A stretch of 64,000 nucleotides of DNA from positions 23,296 to 87,295 of the forward strand of contig JASMKR010000009.1 of the NCBI GenBank assembly GCA_030749075.1, in the 5' to 3' direction. The notes under the pieces were generated by a model that was given only the letters and a program-made list of their open reading frames with translations, was not told the origin of the DNA and did no database searches. Below are positions 60,141 to 64,000 of the stretch, piece after piece. This DNA is from Candidatus Thalassarchaeaceae archaeon. GTDB taxonomy: Archaea; Thermoplasmatota; Poseidoniia; Poseidoniales; Thalassarchaeaceae. The translations under genes and the position numbers were made by a program. Position 1 is the stretch's first letter, and every line of letters begins with the position of its first letter.

Positions 60141-60398
60141 TCACCCGCCTACGCTCATCAAGGCATCCACCATGTCACAATATCGCAACATGGCCTCTTC
60201 CTTCGGAGTGCCTTCCAAGCGCTTCCAGAACTTCCACTTCCAGCGCTCCTTCACATTGCCTCTGGGTCTCCCGGTGCAATCCCCCAAGGACCCCTGCTTG
60301 AAGAGGGCGTAGAGTTCCAGCAGTTTCTCTTCTGAGGGCTCATATTGTAGCCTCCACACCCTCTTCTGGGCTCGATCGAACCTGCTTATCAAACTCAT
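60141..60398 (-). CDS. Acyl-CoA-binding protein (ACBP/DBI family)
   Basis: PSEEKLLELYALFKQGSLGDCTGRPRGNVKERWKWKFWKRLEGTPKEEAMLRYCDMVDAL matches the ACBP four-helix signature (LYxLYKQ ... KW.AW). The start ATG overlaps the upstream stop by 1 nt (TAATG). Confidence 0.8.
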   Translation of the reverse strand: MSLISRFDRAQKRVWRLQYEPSEEKLLELYALFKQGSLGDCTGRPRGNVKERWKWKFWKRLEGTPKEEAMLRYCDMVDALMSVGG

Positions 60399-61459
60399 TA
60401 ACTCACGCTCCGATTGTAGCCGAGTTGCTGTTCCAACCACGTCTCGACTGTCGAGCGCCGCTCATCGGTCTCCACAGTGGATGTATGGGGCATGTCGAGG
60501 ACGTGAATTTCGGAGTTCTCAGACATGTGCTCCTGGATTAGTGCGAAGTGCTCCGTCCCGAGAGTCTCATCGTGCTCTGCTTGCACGACGAGTGTGGGTA
60601 CGTCGGGAATGCCACAATAGGGGAGTTCCGAGTTGGCGTATCTGACATTCAAGTCGGGGTGGATTCGCTCGTGCTCCCTCCTCAACACCTGCCTGATCCA
60701 TGGTCTTGCCATGACCATCCTGCCGGGTAGCTTGGAGTCGATAATCTTCGGAAAGGACGCTGCGGGGGACTCTAGAATGATTCCCTGTAACGCATCCCCC
60801 CACCAACCAGAGTGGTGCGAGGCTAGTCTGATGGTAATGAAGCCGCCCATGGAGTGCCCATAGATCCATAGCCTCTGCGGCTTGAATCCTAGAGTCGAAG
60901 GGGCCCCCTCCAACAGCCCTTCGATGTCAGCTATGACCTTTAGGAGAGTCCAGTCTACCCTGCCTTTTTGGCTGCCGAAGCCCCTCTGGTCGAGGCTAAT
61001 CACATTGACTCCCATGCTATGGATATGGAGAGGCCTCGACTCCCCCCGGGACAAGCAAGAGCCGTATCCGTGGAGAAATAGGAGTAGGTCCTCGCTCTTC
61101 TCGTCGGACTCGAGTAGATGTGCCTTGAGCGTCTCATCGCCCCACCCAATGAACGTGAATGGCTTCCACCTAGGGTCGATTGGTTTGGCGGAATCGGTTC
61201 TGGCAGTGACGAAGACAGAGAGGTAAATCTTCCAGTAGACAAAGAGCCAGCCAGCGGATGGGAGGGTGATGCCCAATAATATCCAGGAGGCCGGGCTTGC
61301 GCGCCACTCGGGAAATGCTGCTAGGGCGAGGAGTTCCAGAGGGATTACGGTCATCAGCACACCTGGGATGGTCGGGGCCCAGTTGACTGGGGTCTTTTCG
61401 TAGGCTGCTGCCCGACCTCTTCTGAGACCTCTTTTTTCCCGCTTTTCAGACATGGTCAC
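60398..61459 (-). CDS. Membrane-anchored alpha/beta hydrolase
   Basis: Two N-terminal TM helices, then LLFLHGYGSCLSRGE, nucleophile elbow GHSMGGF, and a late HVLDMPH. The GTG start overlaps the ACAD stop (GTGA); ATG 61453 is the alternative. Confidence 0.8.
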   Translation of the reverse strand: MTMSEKREKRGLRRGRAAAYEKTPVNWAPTIPGVLMTVIPLELLALAAFPEWRASPASWILLGITLPSAGWLFVYWKIYLSVFVTARTDSAKPIDPRWKPFTFIGWGDETLKAHLLESDEKSEDLLLFLHGYGSCLSRGESRPLHIHSMGVNVISLDQRGFGSQKGRVDWTLLKVIADIEGLLEGAPSTLGFKPQRLWIYGHSMGGFITIRLASHHSGWWGDALQGIILESPAASFPKIIDSKLPGRMVMARPWIRQVLRREHERIHPDLNVRYANSELPYCGIPDVPTLVVQAEHDETLGTEHFALIQEHMSENSEIHVLDMPHTSTVETDERRSTVETWLEQQLGYNRSVS

Positions 61460-63261
61460 ATCATCACCTCCGGGTATTCCATCATGGGCTTGTGCCCAGA
61501 TTGAATCTTGGCTGCCAGCCCTGCCGTCTCAGGAAAAATTCGCTTGAAGAAGAAGCGGGCGCTAGCGATCTTGGCATCATAGAACGGCTCCCCGGCATTC
61601 TCGAGCGAGACCCTAGCCATTCTGGCCCACATGAAGGCTAGCAAGATGTTGCCGAAATAACGGCAGTAGTCGGTAGCTCCAGCGGCTAGGAAGTGGGGAT
61701 TGGCCTGACTCTCGGCAATCAGAAGAAGGGTGAGTTGTTGAAGGCCTCGAACTCCTTGGTGAAGCGGTTTGTTGAACTCGGACATCTCGGGGATGTCACG
61801 GTTCTCCTCGATGAACTCGGTAAGTGGCCACATCAGGTGGCGTAGGTTCCTGCCCATGTTTTGGGTGATTTTGCGCCCGGCGAGGTCCAATGCTTGGATG
61901 CCATTGGTGCCTTCCCAGATCTTGGAGATTCTGACATCGCGATAGAACTGCTCGACCCCGTACTCGGTGCAGTACCCAGCCCCACCCATCACCTGAATGC
62001 AAGTACTCGCGGTCTCGCAGCCCAAATCGGTGAAGTGTGCCTTGACTATCGGAGTGAACAAGGATATCAGGGCATTCGCGCACTCCGCTTCTTCCGGGTC
62101 CTCGCTATTCATCTGATCGAGCAGTAGCCCAGTCCATACTGCTAAGGCTCTGCAGCCCTCGTTGTTGACCTTGGCCTCAAGCAGCATTCTGCGCACGTCC
62201 GGGTGAACAAGGATGCTGTCTGCCCTCTCACTAGGATCCTGCATTCCCTTGAGGTCTCTGCCTTGCCTTCTTTCGCGAGCCCAAGCGAGTGCATTCTGGT
62301 ATGCTATTTCTGCGAGGCCGATTCCCATCATTCCCGTTGCAACCCTCTCCCTGTTCATCATCTGAAACATCAGGGACATTCCTTCATGGAGTTCGCCAAT
62401 CCTCCATCCGATGCTTTCGTCGAAGTTCATGACACAGGTTGGGGAAGCATGTAGCCCCATCTTCTCCTCGCTACCCGAGCAAGTGACCCCGTTGCGAGTA
62501 GCCATGAGTTCCTGGGACAGGCCCTCAACTCCCCCGGATTCCCATTCGTCGGGCAAGAACTTCGGAACCAAGAAGAGCGTGATTCCCTTAGTGCCCTCTG
62601 GGGCCCCTGGAGTCTTTGCCAATACAAGGTGAACAATGTTGTCGGCCATGTCGTGCTCGCCATATGTGATGAAAATCTTGGTCCCAGAAACCCGGTAGGT
62701 TCCGTCCTTCTTAGGCTCGGCCTTGGTCGTGATTATGCCCAGATCGGTGCCTGCGTGAGGTTCCGTCAGGCACATCGTCCCCGACCACTCGCCGGTAGCT
62801 AGGTTGGTTGCGAAGTAATCGATTAACTCCTGATCCCCGTGCTTTGTCAGAATATCGTAGACACCCCCTGAAAGAGCAGGAAGTACACTCATTGCCATGT
62901 TTGCAGCGGTCCCGAACTCCGCCCACGTGACAGCCTGTAAGAAGATTGGAGCACCCATACCGCCATGTTCCGGCTTGCAGGAGATGGCCATCCAGCCACC
63001 TTCGATGCTCTCTCGGTAGGCGTCCTTGAACTCCTGTGGCATCTTGATGTTTCCATCCTCGAACTTGAGGCCCTCGAGATCACCCAACTGGTTAATCGGT
63101 AGCCAAACCTCGGTGGCGTGCTCGGCCCATCCCTCCATCAACATGGACAAGAATTCGGCATCGAAGTCCTCGAAACCCAGCCTCTGTGCTGTTGGAATCA
63201 CATCGAAGACCTCGTTGTAGAGGAATTCGTAATCTCGTATGGGTGCGTTGTATTCCACCAT
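61456..63261 (-). CDS. Long-form acyl-CoA dehydrogenase (FadE-like, with extra C-terminal domain)
   Basis: 601 aa. CLTEPHAGTDLG, GTKIFITYGEHD and YRDVRISKIWEGTNGIQALDL are classical ACAD motifs. Confidence 0.9.
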   Translation of the reverse strand: MVEYNAPIRDYEFLYNEVFDVIPTAQRLGFEDFDAEFLSMLMEGWAEHATEVWLPINQLGDLEGLKFEDGNIKMPQEFKDAYRESIEGGWMAISCKPEHGGMGAPIFLQAVTWAEFGTAANMAMSVLPALSGGVYDILTKHGDQELIDYFATNLATGEWSGTMCLTEPHAGTDLGIITTKAEPKKDGTYRVSGTKIFITYGEHDMADNIVHLVLAKTPGAPEGTKGITLFLVPKFLPDEWESGGVEGLSQELMATRNGVTCSGSEEKMGLHASPTCVMNFDESIGWRIGELHEGMSLMFQMMNRERVATGMMGIGLAEIAYQNALAWARERRQGRDLKGMQDPSERADSILVHPDVRRMLLEAKVNNEGCRALAVWTGLLLDQMNSEDPEEAECANALISLFTPIVKAHFTDLGCETASTCIQVMGGAGYCTEYGVEQFYRDVRISKIWEGTNGIQALDLAGRKITQNMGRNLRHLMWPLTEFIEENRDIPEMSEFNKPLHQGVRGLQQLTLLLIAESQANPHFLAAGATDYCRYFGNILLAFMWARMARVSLENAGEPFYDAKIASARFFFKRIFPETAGLAAKIQSGHKPMMEYPEVMM

Positions 63262-63270
63262 TCACTCACC

Positions 63271-64000
63271 TCAGTTCCTCAGGGGCTTGCCCGTCTCAAG
63301 CATGTGCTGCATGCGATCTAGGGTCGCTGTGTCTCGTCCGAGCCTACCGATTGCCTCCCTCTCCAAAGCAAGAATCTCGTCCTCTCCTAACGGCTCGGTG
63401 ACGTCGGTATCCCCTCCGGAGAGGATTACTGCGAGCTCGCTGGCAACGACGACGTCGTGAGGGGTCGCCCTGCCCGAGAGGGCGAGGTCGTTGACTGCAA
63501 GTTGGAGTGCTGCTCTGCCAGATGGTCCGGGCAAGTGGTATGAGTGAGGTTCGGGTGGTGTGTAGTTCTGGGACATCTCAAGAACACGGGCCTTGGCGTC
63601 ACAGAGCAGCCTGTCCCGATTCATGGTGATTCTGTCCTTCGGACCGAGGAAGCCCAAGGAACGGGCCTGCTCTGCGGACTTGGCGACATGTGCGGTTCCT
63701 ATCGTCTCGAAAGCCTGCATGACGGGTCCCATCGGCCCTCCACTGGCGATACCGAAGTCGCGTAGTCGGCCGAGCAGCTCCTTGCAGCCACCCCAGGCGG
63801 GCACGATGCCGACGCCGACCTCGACCAGCCCGACATAGGACTCGGCATGCGCCTGAACGGCGTCGCAGTGCATCAGAATCTCGGTACCGCCGCCCAAGCA
63901 CATTCCTGCGGAGGCGGCGACAATCGGGACATCGGAGTACTTGACTGCCTGATAGGTATCCTGTCCGAGGCTGATGAAGTCTTCCAGCTCCTTCCAAGCA
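63271..64000 (-). CDS. 3-hydroxyacyl-CoA dehydrogenase/enoyl-CoA hydratase fusion (FadN/FadB-like), C-terminal crotonase part only; 5' end beyond the right window edge
   Basis: The frame is open to position 64000: ...VKYSDVPIVAASAGMCLGGGTEILMHCDAVQAHAESYVGLVEVGVGIVPAWGG (crotonase oxyanion region) ... RMQHMLETGKPLRN. Confidence 0.8.
   Translation of the reverse strand, partial: AWKELEDFISLGQDTYQAVKYSDVPIVAASAGMCLGGGTEILMHCDAVQAHAESYVGLVEVGVGIVPAWGGCKELLGRLRDFGIASGGPMGPVMQAFETIGTAHVAKSAEQARSLGFLGPKDRITMNRDRLLCDAKARVLEMSQNYTPPEPHSYHLPGPSGRAALQLAVNDLALSGRATPHDVVVASELAVILSGGDTDVTEPLGEDEILALEREAIGRLGRDTATLDRMQHMLETGKPLRN

Overview
Densely coded, mostly minus-strand chromosomal segment. By gene content it is archaeal: MCM, GatE, Trm1, Pth2, L18e-L13-S9-RpoN operon, two PAC2 proteasome-chaperone paralogs. 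The mix of GC-rich sequence, giant adhesin-like proteins and beta-oxidation genes suggests a marine planktonic Thermoplasmatota-type (Poseidoniales-like) genome; this is inference only. I support about 55 CDS and 3 tRNAs (Arg-CCG, Arg-GCG, Pro-GGG). I found no rRNA, CRISPR array, transposase, integrase, or recognisable defence or toxin-antitoxin island. Most of the window is housekeeping. The ORF track uses alternative start codons and often over-extends N-termini, so I trimmed many starts. I also added one edge-truncated gene that the track misses (UvrD/AddA-like helicase, 1-809, minus strand). No single cluster is demonstrably a new system from sequence alone. The best candidates for something undescribed are: (1) a paralogous family of Lys/Ala/Glu-rich coiled-coil proteins ending in a conserved ~90-aa helix-hairpin-helix-like module, with three module copies in two genes, one fused to an alpha/beta hydrolase beside a PPC/DUF296 gene and mcm; (2) two very large eukaryote-like surface proteins, one an RCC1 propeller plus 15 ephrin-receptor-like Cys repeats, the other a ~2580-aa thrombospondin-type-3-repeat protein with a DUF4129-like cytoplasmic tail; (3) a branched-chain amino-acid ABC system with a 1243-aa fused LivH-LivM permease and a 1049-aa triple-domain binding lipoprotein; (4) bacterial-type DNA enzymes in an archaeal background (AddAB-like pair, NAD-dependent ligase, convergent DEDDh exonuclease and Fe-S PD-(D/E)XK nuclease); (5) a six-gene beta-oxidation operon containing an acyl-CoA-binding protein. 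All family assignments come from motif recognition by eye and need HMM or structure confirmation.
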